From Balanoglossus misakiensis (taxonomy: Eukaryota > Animalia > Hemichordata), in NCBI GenBank assembly GCA_040954595.2, contig CM082586.2, forward strand, positions 7,843,337 through 7,907,336: DNA of 64,000 nucleotides, given 5' to 3'. The position numbers and the translations under genes are program-made. The notes beneath the pieces were generated by a model. It was not told where the DNA came from. It did not search any database and saw only the letters and a program-made list of their open reading frames with translations. Shown here piece after piece: positions 63,541 to 64,000 of this stretch. How positions within the stretch are numbered: position 1 is the stretch's first letter; every line of letters starts with the position of its first letter.

Positions 63541-64000
63541 GCGGTATATATGACAGAACGTTCAAGTAAACAGAATTTGAATATGCAGCTGGTTATAATT
63601 ACTTTTTGGTGACATGTGCAGAAACGAGAATGAGGCTGATTTCATGTAGGTTACACTGGGATCTCTGTGCCCATCAAAAACCATGAATTTGATGTCACCA
63701 ATCCATACAGCTGGAAGCTGCTTCACTTGAATACTGTGGTAGCGATATTTGTGCATTACCAGAGGTCAGTAGTTTGAACAATTTCCTGAGGATGATGTCA
63801 TAATCTTGTACTAAAAGAAAAACTCTGATGTTGATCCAAGACATACCGGTATACCAGTAAGAGGACACTTGAGACAAGAACATTGCAATGACATGTATAG
63901 AGCTGGGTGAGTTTCTAAATGTTGTTGGTTTCTGTGGTAGTTGAATCACTTGAGATAGCTATAAAATAATTCCTGTTGCTGAAATAAACAATGAGGGTCA

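Noticed and set aside
63562-63949. Minus-strand coding-like fragments at the window end
   Set aside because: Interrupted by stops, with no family I can recognise; possibly a decayed transposon

Overview
AT-rich, intron-rich animal genomic DNA; a marine invertebrate is likely, but that is inferred only from the transposon content. There are no prokaryotic features. Most informative genes are invisible to the ORF track and were rebuilt by hand from GT-AG splice sites. Contents: (1) two tandem IFI44-like P-loop GTPase genes, the more complete one with three ubiquitin-like-looking N-terminal exons; (2) a small secreted 2xPAN/apple gene on the minus strand plus a duplicated 3' remnant; (3) a full-length DIRS1-type tyrosine-recombinase retrotransposon inserted in a CR1/L2 fragment; (4) an apparently intact ISL2EU-type (PIF/Harbinger-related) DNA transposon encoding a THAP-DDE transposase and a SAP-SWIM-YqaJ protein, with matching long hairpins behind both stop codons; (5) many MITEs and Crypton-like or Helentron-like non-autonomous elements. 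The main finding is a tandem family of three micro-exon genes (23.8-26.1 kb partial, 38.7-43.1 kb, 48.6-61.0 kb) encoding secreted peptide precursors. Each is built from symmetric phase-1 exons: 9-15 nt Trp/aromatic core exons, 27-30 nt GK(K)R..KR cleavage/amidation exons and 54 nt spacer exons. This architecture could generate a combinatorial peptide library by exon skipping, and the exons diverge faster than the introns around them.
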